A DNA stretch of 64,000 nt from Eledone cirrhosa (GCA_964016885.1 OZ024740.1:323950001-324014000), one strand, 5' to 3'; shown: positions 31,792-46,123, counted from the first letter of the stretch. The notes: a model not told the origin generated them from the sequence alone. Numbers and translations are program-made.

Positions 31792-32211
31792 GCAGAATAT
31801 ATATATATATTATACACATACACACATATATACATATAGAACAGCCCTTTCTATATAGATTGTACAACCATTTATATATATATATATGCACAATCCTTTC
31901 CATTCATATACAGCCCTCGCGATGTATGATATAATTCAAAATCTGAGGATTTGCCATATAGAAATTCAGTAAAAAAACATGGACACATTCCTTTATCTTC
32001 AAATGTCTGCTGGAAATTACAATGATTTCTGTGCATTAAACACTTACACACATTCATTTTTATTAAGGCTAAATAGTGAATCTTGTTACCCTGCAGTTTC
32101 GTCTGTTTATAACAGGGGTATCAGGCAAGAACTCGTTTAGTCTTAATGAAAATGGGTAACTAAACTCTACTTAGGTGTTAAATACTCTGTTCCCCCGTCA
32201 TCTACATACGG

Positions 32212-32242
<31 letters not shown>

Positions 32243-32478
32243 TGTATGTATGTATGTATGTATGTATGTATGTATGTATGTATATATATATATTAGTACA
32301 ACACTACATGCAATGTGCATTACACTTAATAAGTCCAATCCTTTATCTATATGTAAGTATATGGTTAAAAGAGAAACAAGTGAATAAATATATCGAATAA
32401 CACTGTATTAAACCACTTATAAAACAGATTCTTATTAATTATACACACAACCATGCATATAATCATACGATAAATGAT

Positions 32479-32580
32479 TATAATATAAATATTGAATGTA
32501 TATAATATAATATAAATATTGAATGTATATAATATAATATAAATATTGAATGTATATAATATAATATAAATATTGAATGT
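32479..32580. repeat. 27-bp minisatellite, about 4 units
   Basis: ataatataaatattgaatgtatataat repeated. Confidence 0.9.
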
Positions 32581-32987
32581 GTGAGCGCGTATACCTTTCT
32601 GTGGGGGTTTGTGTCTTCGTGTGTTTATTTAGATTATATAATGTGCATGTTTCGTATGTTTTGTTGTCAAGGGCCGATTAAGCTTGTATATGACCCCTGA
32701 CTGGATGTTTAATTGGGATCTTTGTGTCTTATTTATGGTAGCACACAAAAAAAAAATAATAATCTAGGATTCTTTAAATGCTATTTGGTCCTTGACTTAC
32801 CGCCTGTTGAACCTCACCTACTGTATCGGCCTTTGCCTGCTTTATTACGGGCTTCTGTGAATACGTTACCCAATATTCCCTTCCTTTATTCAAAACGGTA
32901 GAGTGTGATTGAAAGAAGATGCGTATGCGCGCGCGTATTTTCTTGCAGAGTGAGTGACTACGTAGAGGCTCCCCCATGTCTTGTATG

Positions 32988-33116
32988 ATATGTGTTTGGT
33001 GAGAGTGATAGGACATCTTAAGTAAATGTGATAGAATAGACTCAAGTAAATTTAAAATATGTATTTGGTGAGAGGGATAGGACATCTTAAATAAATGTTA
33101 TAGAATAAACTTGAAT
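32988..33116. repeat. About 60-bp direct duplication
   Basis: atatgt.tttggtgagag.gataggacatcttaa.taaatgt.atagaata at 32988 and 33057. Confidence 0.85.
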
Positions 33117-33715
33117 CAACCAAGGACATGTGAAGGGAAATTGGTAAACAGAAACTCTATGGAAGCGCGTCAGATGGGTTATTACCTGTAATTAAAGGAT
33201 TTAGTCTTGTCACATCTTGTATTACGCTGAGAATTACGCTAAGAGTACACGTGTCTGTGGAATATTCAGTCACTTACACTGAACTACAAGATGAACTGTA
33301 TCTGTTATTCAGATGGCCAAGTTTGGTGCACACACAGCTGCACGTGTATAATATTCAGCTACTTTCTCGTTAATTCAACGAGAAGATCGCTCAGATGAAT
33401 CGAGAAGTAAATGTTCATCGTTGAATAGACGGATGATCAATAATTGTCATAACATGTCTGAGTGTGTGTGATATAATATCCTTTGAAGCATGAAATCGAT
33501 TCGTGTTTACAAACACTTTAGAAAAACGTAACACGTAGAAATATTATTTCATGTGAGTGTGCGTAATCTGACTACTGTCAGTGGTGACTCCTTTCGTCAT
33601 TAAATGTTTGCAATTTTTCACTTGATAGCCCGTATATTAACACGCACACACACACGCGCACGTATACAAATACATACAAACACACACATACAAGTACATA
33701 CGCACACACATATAA

Positions 33716-33748
<33 letters not shown>

Positions 33749-34227
33749 TATACAAATACATACAAACACACACACACACACACACACAAACACATATACA
33801 AATACATACAAACACACATACATACAAACACACAGACACACACATACATATACAAACACACACATACATGCACACACACACACATACACAAATACATACA
33901 AACACACACACACACACAAATACACACACACACACACACAAATACATACAAACACACAGACACACACATACACAAATACATACAAACACACACACACACA
34001 CGCACATATACAAATACATACAAACATACACAGCCACTTACATATTTTCTGAAACACAGTTGTACTCTAACACATTAACAACAAATACATCCTAACGTGT
34101 AAAAACAATAAAAGCATATCTAATTCATAGATATTTTTGTGTAGCGTGTGTGCGTGTTTGTGTCAATACATGTGTGTGTGTGTGTGCATCAATACGTGTG
34201 TGTATATTAAAGTAACAATAGTAATAA

Positions 34228-34651
34228 TGGTTCCTTATTATAGGCACAAGGCCAGTAATTTGGGGGGACGGGAAAGTCGATTAGATCGACCCCAGTGCGT
34301 GACTGGTACTTTATTTTATCGACCCCGTAAGGATGAAAGGCAAAGTTAACCTCGGCGGGATTTGAACTCAGATCATAAAGGGACGTAACTCTATGCTCCA
34401 AAGCATGGCGTCCGACCCTCTACCGATACTGCCAATCCACCGCCCTCGTAACAATAGTAATAATTGTTTCTACGTTAGGCACAAGGCCAGCAAATACCCA
34501 GTGTATTACTGGTACTTTATTTTATCGACCCCGTAAGGATGAAAGGCAAAGTTAACCTCGGCGGGATTTGAACTCAGAATGGCAAGGGCTGTAACTCTAT
34601 GCGTCAAAGCATGGCGTCCGACCCTCTACCGATACTGCCAATCCACCGCCC
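34228..34651 (-). mobile_element. Two tandem SINE family 1 copies (long and short 3' variants)
   Basis: Family consensus twice; gtaacaatagtaataat before, between and after the copies. Confidence 0.9.
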
Positions 34652-35008
34652 TAGTAACAATAGTAATAATAATAGGACAGCTTGCTTGCATAAAGCACAA
34701 CTTAAAAAGGCCAGCGATTCTTGAAAGCATTAATAGACATTAATGTGTAGACAATATGACAGGAGAGATGGTCTGGGCTTTTCTTGAAGTTGTTATCATT
34801 AGAATTATTAGTATTCTTATTGATATCATTATTGTTTTACAGTTTTTGATAAAAAAATAAAAATAATAAAATGACAGAGAGTGAAGTGGGGAGATGAAGA
34901 AAAGTGATTAAATGTTAATTTGAAACAAGAATGGCTTCTATTCTTGTTGATGGCAATTATCAACAAACAATGCAGACAAACCAATGGTATAGAGACGACG
35001 ACGACACC

Positions 35009-35040
<32 letters not shown>

Positions 35041-35100
35041 CAATAATGGTAATAATTATAATCGTAATAGCAGTAATACTATAAATAACAGCAATTGAAA

Positions 35101-35482
35101 TAATTGTTTCTACTTTTAGCACAAGGCCAGCAATTATCCAGTACAATTGAAATAACAACAACAACAATAACAAATATAATCGCAATAGTAATAACAATAA
35201 TAATAATCGTAATAGTAATAATTGTTTCTACTTTTGGCACAAGGCCAGCAATCACCCAGTACATTACTGGTACTTTATTTTATCGACCCCATAAGGATGA
35301 AAGGTAAAGTTAATCGTAATAGTAATAATAATAATGGTTTCTTATATAGGCACAAGGCCAGCAATTGGGGGGGGGGGTCGATTAAACCTACCCCAGTGCA
35401 TTACTGGTATTTTATTTTATTGACCCCCGTAAGGATGAAAGGCAAAGTTAACCTCGGCGGGATTTCAACTCAGATCATAATG
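35101..35482 (-). mobile_element. Three 5'-truncated SINE family 1 fragments in an (AAT/AAC)n-rich tract
   Basis: 3'-end fragments at about 35101, 35220 and 35335. Confidence 0.8.
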
Positions 35483-35930
35483 GGAGGTAATAATAATAAT
35501 GGTGATAATTATAATCGTCATGGTAGTAATACTATAAATAACAGCAATTGAAATAATAACAGCAACAACAACGACAACAACATCAAATATAATCGAAATA
35601 GTAATGACAATAATAATAATGGTAATAGTAAAAGCAATAATACTATTAATAACAGCAATTGAGATAAGAACAATGATAGTAAAAGAAATGAAAAGAGCAA
35701 GAATAGGAGAGAAAGTAATGAATAAAAGACGTCGTATGATGAAACTGATAATTCGAATATAAAATAAAATGAAATGAAAGTGAATCAATTTAAATATTGT
35801 AAGGTGTAATTATTTAAATCTAAGTATGTGACAGACTGGGTGTCAGTGACAGACATGGAGAGGTGTATACAGTGGGTGATAGGGGGAGGATAGGATAGAG
35901 AGCGAGGGAGAGAGAGATAGAGAGAGAGGC

Positions 35931-35975
<45 letters not shown>

Positions 35976-36141
35976 CAGAGAGAGGCAGAGAGAGACAGAG
36001 AGAGAGGCAGAGAAAGAGTGAGAGAGGGACAGAGAGAGGGAGAGAGACAGAGGATCAGGCATAAAGGGAGTCAGAAACAGAGGGGGAGGGGTGGTGGTGA
36101 CAGAGAGAGGGGTTGATACAGAGAGAGAGAGAGGTGGTGGT

Positions 36142-36208
<67 letters not shown>

Positions 36209-36499
36209 TCAATGACAGACATAGAGAGACGAATGATGTAAGCGTGGTAGAAATCATCATCATCATCATCATCAACATCAACATCATGCAGACAGGCTGA
36301 TGACAATAACAACAGCAGCAACTTCATTATACCCGCTATCATCATCATCGTAGTCATCAATATGTGTAAACACAAATTGAGCAGACGATTGAAAACATTC
36401 TCATCAAATTTCACCTTTTTAAGTTAGTTCATTATATTGTCTAACAACACAACGAATATATATATACACATATACACACATATATATATATATATATAT

Positions 36500-36710
36500 G
36501 AAACATGGCAAATGGCGTGCTGCGTTGTTGCAAATGGGATACATATGAATAAAATGAGAGCAAGAAGACAGGACTGTCCGTCATCAGTGATCTTCCAGCC
36601 ATCACCGGTATTTCTCCGCGGTCTTTAATGCGAAGAAATACCGGTGATGGCTGAAAGATCACTAATGACGGACAGTCCTGTCTTATTGCTCTAATTTTAT
36701 TCATATGTAT
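36500..36710. mobile_element. (TA)n-embedded tail+hairpin element, family C
   Basis: 39-bp tail, 81-bp arms 36539-36619 / 36630-36710 (about 5 mismatches), 10-nt loop, TA repeats on both sides. Confidence 0.75.
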
Positions 36711-36730
36711 ATATAATATACATATATGTA

Positions 36731-36829
<99 letters not shown>

Positions 36830-37462
36830 TACATGTGTGTATGTGTGTGTAAAACGTAAACAGAAATAAGCAAACGACACAGTACATTGAAGAAATATAT
36901 TAGGTTAACGTTAAATATATGTGTATATGTATATGTATGTATGTGTGTGTATACAGGTTAGTTTCATGAGTACGTTGTTCCATTGATTAAGAAACTGAAT
37001 TACTCATCATTAAAACCGATGCAGGTCCTTTCCATTAGTAAGAATAACCATATCGCAGCTGAAAAAGTTCTCTCTCTTAGAAAACTAAATAATAAATGTA
37101 GAGGAAATGAAGACATTGCTGTTTTTCTTTCACTTTTCATTCATCTTTTATCTCGTTCCTATTGTTGTAAATAATGTGTTGTTTTTTTAAAAATAATTTT
37201 ATTGAAATTTTGAAATTGATATCAGTTATTTCATTATTTATCTAATTATTTATTTGTTTATTGAAATGTGGTGTGAGCGACCCAACGCAAATGACTACAA
37301 TAATAGTCGTTCACTTTAAAGTACCACCCTAGTCCACCTTTTTCTATTTCCAGGGGTAATTTACCCGATTTTCTCATGTATTATCTATAGTGACCGAATA
37401 TTAGTAAAATTATTTTCGTTGAAACGCACGCATTTTAAATTTTCCCAATGCTTAACTCTACC

Positions 37463-37531
<69 letters not shown>

Positions 37532-37534
<3 letters not shown>

Positions 37535-37714
37535 CACAGAGGGTGTGGTAAGATACCAGCTGGAACATAACGCTCCAGAATACTCGATACTTGTGCTAGT
37601 AGAGAGTGGGTAACATGAAAAGATTCAAGACACCCAAGGCTGAGCTCCAGCCGTTTCTTCGACTGGCTGTCGAAACGCTCGGGGCTCAGACTTGGGTGTC
37701 CTGAATCTTTTCAT
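37532..37714. mobile_element. Tail+hairpin element, diverged family A subfamily
   Basis: Homologous tail (gtggtaagataccagctggaacataacgc..) followed by its own inverted arms atgaaaagattca..tgaatcttttcat; follows (TA)n. Confidence 0.7.
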
Positions 37715-38358
37715 TCATATATTTTATATATATATATATTATACCGGGTGTCTTAAAATATGTATACAACACTTTGATTAGAATACTGTAGAAATGTGTA
37801 TATATGTTTGGGACACGCTGTGTCTGTATATATACATATGTTATTTAAGTGTGTAACAACAATTACAGGCAGCGCGCCGTTCAAAGCATCCAATGCTGTT
37901 ACGAGGTCTGTTTTCGTTTTGGGTTGTATTCCAGTGTTAAGGCTGTAGTGTGCGGTGTGTAAACAAATTTCAAAGAGTCGAAATCAGTGTTACAGCATAT
38001 GTACAAACTTCATTTGCATATTACAATTGTTTCGATATTTCTTTGGTCCATTGATAAAATGAGTGAATGTTCTATTTAAGTAAAGCACAGACAATACAGA
38101 ATGGAATGGATTAATGTCGAAATTGGCTTGGATCTCATTTCTGTCTGATTGTCAGTCCGACTGACTAATTGACTGTTGTTACACGTGGAACAATGGCTGA
38201 GGGCAAGCAGCAAATAAGTGAGGTTAATAGGTAATTGGAGAGAAACAGAGTGAGAGTAAGTGGGAGGGAGTGTGGTGAGCGAGGGGGTTGTTAGCAGAGA
38301 GAGGGGTGGGAGAAAATGAAGGAGAGGTTGCACACCCACCCACAAATATATGAATTTA

Positions 38359-38501
<143 letters not shown>

Positions 38502-40558
38502 GAAAAGATAAAAAAAGAGAGGAGAGAGAGAAGAAGGGAGAAGAGAAAAAAAGAGAGGAGAAGAGAAAAAAGAGAGGAGAGAGAGCAGAAAAGCAGAGGA
38601 GAGGCGAGGGATTAGAATGAAAATTTTATGAAGGAAATTGGGTTGTTCAGAAGGTTAAGAAGACGCGGGTGGTGTACTTTGATGATAGAGGAGAGGGTTA
38701 ACTATAACAACGACGGAATAAGCAAGGTGAAAGAGAGAAAGGAAGCAAAATAATACGATACAACATTTAGGACGTCTGAGAAACAGCAATAATTCGAGTT
38801 AAAAGTCACGCACACACACACAGATGGTGTTGCGGTTGTTGGACCTCCGTCGGTACTGATCAAAGGAAGAGCCCACTCGTGAAATTAACATACTAATGGC
38901 TATGTTTTCAGTTGACACGTGCACTCTTAACGTTGTTCTCAGGAAGATTCAGTGTGATTCAGTGACGAGTTTGGCCCTTTGAATTACAGGTAAATACTAT
39001 ATTGACGCGCTGCGTCAATATAGTCGACTTTCCCCTTCTCTTAAAGTACTGGGGTCAATATAGTCGATTTTCCCCTTTTCTCAAAGTACAGGCCATCTGT
39101 CAATATTAGAAAGAATTATTTTTTCTAGTTTGCAACTTTATAGAAACAACAGACTGTATTTTGCTAGAATTAGTTTTATTTCTATATCAAAAAATTACTT
39201 AGAAAATATTTTCCCGTTCTTTGTTCAAACATGAGCTCAAATCACTTGTCTTTCAGGTTTGAACATATGCAAATTACACAAGTGCCAGCCCTCAATGGAT
39301 TAATGACACCCCAGCTCTATATTAATTGCTTTTGTCCTGCATTAACAATCCTTATCTAACATATGTGTTTGTGTTGTTCATTACCATCACCACACCGCCA
39401 CAACCACCAACAACAACGGCAAAAACAACACTATCAAAGCCAAGATGACAATTAAAGTAATTGCTATTGTGCATTTGATAAGCTTGAAGGCTACCGGAAG
39501 TAATACGGTAATTTGAACCATCTTTATTCTCCGACAAACACACAATCAGACAGACACCCAGACACGCACACTAAGCAACATATGTACACCTTGTTCTCTT
39601 TTCGATTCACTGCCTCTATCTCTCTCTCTCATTTAATTCCACTCAGAACTGGGCGTAACCGAGAGTTGATGGGAGAGAAAATGTCTTTAAAAAGACGTCT
39701 CATTAAAAGCAAACAAAGCAATTTGAGGCTCTAATATGACTAAATATGTCATTTTCAACCATAACTGGCAACGTTTGCCTGTTTCTTCTATTTCTAAATG
39801 ATTTATAGAAAGGAGAAACTACCAACAAGAAGACAACTGAAATAAAATGAAATTAACCCTAAAGAATGAAGAGCATGTGAATACAACGTGGAATAAAAGA
39901 AATGAACGGTAAGGTGAAGTAGGGGCATAAAATGTCGGATAGTGAATAGAATAAGTAGTGAGAGGAGGGGGGGGTGAAGTCGGGGCTAATTTATAATAAA
40001 GTTACTTACAACAGAATATATTTGAGATGTAAAAAATTTGAATTTCACAGTACACAACTATGGAGATTTAGCTGGCCTCCAGTGACGTTTTATCTCAGAT
40101 TTCCGGATGTTGTAATAAGAGCCACAATCATATAATGAAATGGAGCGTCACCTGGTCTAGGAATTGAACCCTGTCATTGTGAAGTAAGTACAATACTCTC
40201 CCCACTAGGCCATTCATCTACATCTGTTTGTAATGAATATACAACAGAATATATGTGTTAAAATGATCAAATAATATACATGGGGAGAAAGGTTTCTAAT
40301 ATTTGATAGTGATATATAGTTATACCTTCAATAATCAGCCAGATCAGCCAGATCTCCTCATCATCGAAAGAGGTTAGAGTGCCAAGTTCAATACCTCGGC
40401 AATTGCTCCGGATCATTGCGCTCTGAGATCAAATCCAGACGAGGTCAACTTTGCCTTCCATCGTTTTTAGAGATGGATAAATAAACTACCAATCTAACGA
40501 AGGGCTTCGAGTTGGCGGAATTGTCCAAAATTGGACGATATGTTTTATAGTATCCCCC

Positions 40559-40601
<43 letters not shown>

Positions 40602-40792
40602 ATTAATTTTTAATGAACCAAATTTAATTCGTCCATGATCGCCGTTTGTCACACACGTGGCCCTTATTTATGAACATTTTTTCTATTTCTTTGACCTGCT
40701 AAACCTGTCTTTGAAAAACAATAAAACACCTCTATCTATCTCTCCATATATATGTATGTGTGTGTGTGTGTGTGTGCGTGTGTGTGTGTGTG

Positions 40793-41085
40793 AAGGTATG
40801 TGGCTTAGTGGTTAGAATGTCGGAATCACAATCATGGAGGCATGAGTTCGATTCTAGGACGGTGTGGTGCGTTATGTTCTTGAAAGTCACTGGTGCCAGG
40901 ATGTGTCGGCCTTTGCCTTTTGCTTGGACATGGACACCATCTGTGGTGACGAGAGAGGAGACTGGTATATACGCATGGTCGACAGTTGGTCTTCCACAAT
41001 AAACTTTGTTCAGTCTTATGTCACGAAGAAGTTTCTAGATGCAAACGCTTGGCCAGTTATGACCGAAGAAACGAGGAGTCTTTGA
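40793..41085 (+). mobile_element. tRNA-headed SINE family 2; diverged relatives near 4650-4970, 13255-13430, 30470-30990, 48100-48215 and 58340-58460
   Basis: A box tggcttagtggtta, B box gagttcgattct; body segments shared with the listed loci. Confidence 0.7.
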
Positions 41086-41126
41086 CACACGCATATGTAT
41101 ATATGAATGTATGTATGAATGTGTAC

Positions 41127-41177
<51 letters not shown>

Positions 41178-41197
41178 AAAACATACGCACATACATG

Positions 41198-41241
<44 letters not shown>

Positions 41242-41289
41242 GTACACATTCACTAAAAAACAACGAAAATGCTGATGCAATTATCAATG

Positions 41290-41349
<60 letters not shown>

Positions 41350-41609
41350 AATGTTTGTAAAAATGTGACAATTGTCAAATAAAATGTGTTTTTTTTTTCT
41401 CTCAGTAGTTTATCTTTACAAAGTGTCTGAATATCGTTTAAAATAAAATTAAAAGAGAATATAAATCAAAGCTTACACGTGTTTTTTTATTAATTCTACT
41501 AACGAAGATACCAAACCAGCTGAACTGGTAGAACGCCCCGTGTTGGATCTCCGTTGATTTCAACGACCATCGTTCCAGTTCTGTGTGTCTGTGTGTGCGT
41601 ATATATATA

Positions 41610-41733
41610 GGCAGAGCTCAAGCCGATTCGACGGCTATTTCTGGACTAGTCCTATTACCCACTCTACTACCCTAAGTATTGAGTACTCTGGTGCGTTATG
41701 GTCTACCTGGTTCCTTACCACACTTCCTTCGTT
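41610..41733. mobile_element. Family A element, opposite orientation, rearranged
   Basis: Reverse complement of the family A tail ending ccttcgtt-(AT)n, plus an arm fragment. Confidence 0.7.
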
Positions 41734-43130
41734 ATATATATATATTCAGTGTCCCACCCCCCCAAAAAAATGTATACACACCTTGATTACCTTTACAGGC
41801 AATATTTATTAGAATGCGCAGCCTTTGTGCATACATTTGTTGGGGACACTAGTCAGACAGACACAATTTTAAACGCATCTGTAGACTATATACAATTTAT
41901 ACATGCATGGACCCGAAATTCCTGGGCGAATCGTAGGAGTGCCGTATTGACATACGGCATTTCTGGGTCATCTTTTAAATCTGGCAGAGCCCAAGCCTCT
42001 CCAGATCTGAATACAGCCGATTTCTTCCAGAGAAGGATAGAGAGTGAGAGAAAGGGAGTGAGAAAGCTATATACAGAATAGACTGGCAATTTTGTTATAG
42101 TCTTTGAATGGAGGATAGGCAAAGTCGACCACGTCGGGATTTGAAACAGCTGAAACGGATACCACAAAACATTCTGTCCGACGTTCTAAAGACTCTGCCA
42201 ACTCGCCGCCTCAATTTATACAGAGAAACATACAATGCTTATACATATATTTACAGTATCATATTAGAAAAAGAAAAGTTACTTACTCTCACTCTCTCTC
42301 TCTCTCACATACATACATACAGACAGACAAAATAAAGACACACATATATATATATACACACATACACACATATATATATACATATATATACACACACACA
42401 CATATATATACACACATACATATACATATATACACACACACATATACACACATACACACATATATATACCTATATATACACACATATACACACATACACA
42501 CATACACACCTATATACACACATACACACACACATACACACACATATATATATACATATATATACACACACACATATATACACGCATACACACATATATA
42601 TATATACATATATATATACACACACACACATATATACACACATACACACATATATATATACACACACACATATATACATACATACACACATATATATACA
42701 TATATATACACACACACATATATATACGCACAAACATACATGTGTGTGTGTGTATATATTTATATATAAAAATCAATAGATATGTAGATAGGTAGCTACA
42801 CAGTCTTGATGTTTATATTTTGACAAGTGCAGACATCAAAGGAAAGAATTGAAATTAAATTTTCACAAATAAAACCTCCATTATTGAAAGTGGAACGTTA
42901 TTAAATGAAAGATTGTCTGTAACTTGTATTATAGCGGCAAGGAGGAGCGGATGGTGGTGGTATGCGGACTCCGTAAGTGTTCCGAGTGTATACGGAGAGA
43001 ATTCCGGGTATACACGGAGAGTACTCCGGGAGTATTCGCTGAGAATGCCGAGAATGTGTCTTGTGTAATTGCTCTTTATTGTGTGGGTGAGTGCTGGGAA
43101 TTTCATGTCTCTGGATATTTATGTATGAGA

Positions 43131-43185
<55 letters not shown>

Positions 43186-43349
43186 TTAGTGTATATGTAT
43201 ATATATATATATATAAGTGTATACGTTACATATATATATAAATATAAGTGTATATGTTATATATATATATAAATATAAGTGTATATGTTATATATATATA
43301 TAAATATAAGTGTATATGTTATATATATATATAAATATAAGTGTATATG

Positions 43350-43427
<78 letters not shown>

Positions 43428-43532
43428 AAGTGTACATGTTACATATATATATATAAATATAAGTGTATATGTTACAGATATAAATATAAATAAATATAAG
43501 TGTATATGTTACACACACATATATGTGTGTAT

Positions 43533-43608
43533 ACAGGGTATCCCCCAAAATGTATACACACTTTTATTAGAATACTGTTGAAGTATGTATATCTTGGGGG
43601 GCACCCTG
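43533..43608. mobile_element. About 78-bp Tc1/mariner-type MITE; relatives 5349-5428, 30673-30748 and 37743-37821
   Basis: TA|cagggt.tcccccaaaatgtatacacactt...aagtatgtatatcttggggggcaccctg|TA terminal inverted repeats; shared attagaatactg centre. Confidence 0.75.
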
Positions 43609-43975
43609 TATATACTTGTGTGTGTGTGTGTGTGTGTCTATATATATATATAGAGAGAGAGAGAGATGGATAGATAGATGTATATATCGTATGCGTGTAT
43701 ATATTACATGTATACGTGCGTATGTATGCAGAGAGAGAGAGAGAGAGTGTGTGTGTGTGGAGTTTCATTGATCTGCTGTTAGCCATAGTAGGACAAATTA
43801 AAAATATTTTAGTCTTTGAGCCAATATCTCATAGCATCTCCTTAATATATGTTTACATTGTGTATATACGATGTATATATACGGTATATAAGTAAATGTT
43901 TATTGTGTACTTGTCATTGTGTTAGTGTGTAATACGTATGTCCAACGTTTGTTGTTGGCTGTTAGTTTGTTTGCT

Positions 43976-44017
<42 letters not shown>

Positions 44018-44125
44018 TTATATTAATATATATATGTATTGTTTATAATTATGGCATCCGACATGAGAGAGAGAGAGAGATTAATATATATATATAGAGA
44101 GAGAGAGACAGAGAGTGCATGTGTG

Positions 44126-44176
<51 letters not shown>

Positions 44177-44641
44177 TTTTTATAAATATCTATTTTACTA
44201 CTTTTTGCATAGCTACACTCACAGACCCAATAGATTCAACATTTAGAAATAGAAAAGAGAGAAGGCGGGGAGAGAGAGAGAGAGAGAGAGATAAAAAGAC
44301 AAATTTTGAGTGGGAAGAGTAGTGGGGGTGAGGTGGGGGGTAGATAACCGTTTATTGGCAAAACCAAAATACATTTCTAATAATCGAAGTACTGAGGTGT
44401 GTGTGGGGGTGTAGTATTTGCCAATATCTGTCGATTTGATCTTTTGTTTCAATTTAATATCACATAATAGTAATAACATTTTAAATGAATTGGTCACGGG
44501 TTCAGTCCCTTCCACCTCATCGTGTTCTAACTACGTAACCTCTTTATATCTATATACTAGAGAAAATACTGACATGCTCCTTGTGTATAATATATGTATG
44601 GCTATATATAGTAATTTATATGTTAATATATACAAATGTAA

Positions 44642-44828
44642 GGGTAGTGGATTGACAGTATCGGTAGAGGGTCGGACGCCATGCTTTGCAGCATAGAGTT
44701 ATGGCCCTTTATGATCTGAGTTCAAATCCCGCTGAGGTTAACTTTCCCTTTCATCCTTACAGGGTCGATAAAATAAAGTACCAGTAACGTACCGTGGTCG
44801 ATTTAATCGACTCCCCCCAAAGTAGAAA
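44642..44828 (+). mobile_element. SINE family 1
   Basis: Family consensus head and core. Confidence 0.85.
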
Positions 44829-45902
44829 TCAATATATACATATGCATGTAAAAGGAAAACTATATTTTTGACGCACGAATGATTCCTATTTGTTTCGACA
44901 TATTTTGGTTTATTTAATTCAATACAACGATATTTATTTCTACATAATGTTGACCCCTACATGATTATGTGTGTACAGTCCCGTAATTTTCAAGGGAGTC
45001 ATAGGGGCGCCGTAGTGAGATAAGTTGTTTCTAGGACATCTCTTAAACCTGGCTGAGCCTATCACTCTGGAGGTCTGAATTCAGCAGATTTCTTCCAGAG
45101 AAGAACACAAAGTAAGAGAAAGAAGAGAAGTGAGAAAGATATAAACACCAATAATAGAAGCCAATTTGACCTCGGTGTGATTTGAACTCAAAGAGCAGAG
45201 AGCCAGAGTGAATAACGCAACGTATTCTATCCGACGTTTTAACCACTCTGCCAATTCGCCGCCTTCCTACATGCTTAAGCATAGACGAGACTCGAAAAAG
45301 GCCTTGAATGATGCCTATCGTAAAACAGACAAATACAGATCTCCCCATTCGACATTTGAGTGAGATTTTTTTTTCCTCTTTAGTTAACCTTGTGATGCTC
45401 CTTAAAATTCTAAGAGAGCTTTGTGTCATGAATCACATATATTAAAACAGATAAAACTACATTCACAATGTGCAGACGATACAAACTTTTTCCGACGAGT
45501 GGAATTTTGCGGCTCATTTAATTTAATACTGAAATACGATAGATATCCATCCATAGACCCTTAAATACTCATGTAGTTGTAAAGGCGTCTTTGTGATACA
45601 CGGTATTTAAACCTGGTGGAGTCGATCCCTCTCCTTGTCTCAACACAAATGACTTCTTTCAAATAAAAATAGGGAGAAAGCGATAGAAAGTGAGAAAGGG
45701 AGATAGTGGAAAAATTGACACCAGTACTTGACTGGTATTTATCGACCTTGAAAGGATAAAAGGCCAAATTGACCTCGGTTAGATTTGAACGTAAAGAGAA
45801 GAGGACAGAAATGAATAACTCAAAGCATTTTATCCAATGTTCTAACCACTCACAAATCATCGTTTACAAAAAATATTGACCATTATTATTGGTCGCACGG
45901 GT

Positions 45903-45945
<43 letters not shown>

Positions 45946-46077
45946 AACACACACACACAACAACATATATATGTGCGAAAAAGAAGTTTTAAAAGGAAGA
46001 AAAATGAACTCTTGTGTGTGAGTGTGTGTGTGCGCGAGTGCGTGTGTGTGTTGTGTGTGTGTGTTGTGCGTGTGCGT

Positions 46078-46123
<46 letters not shown>

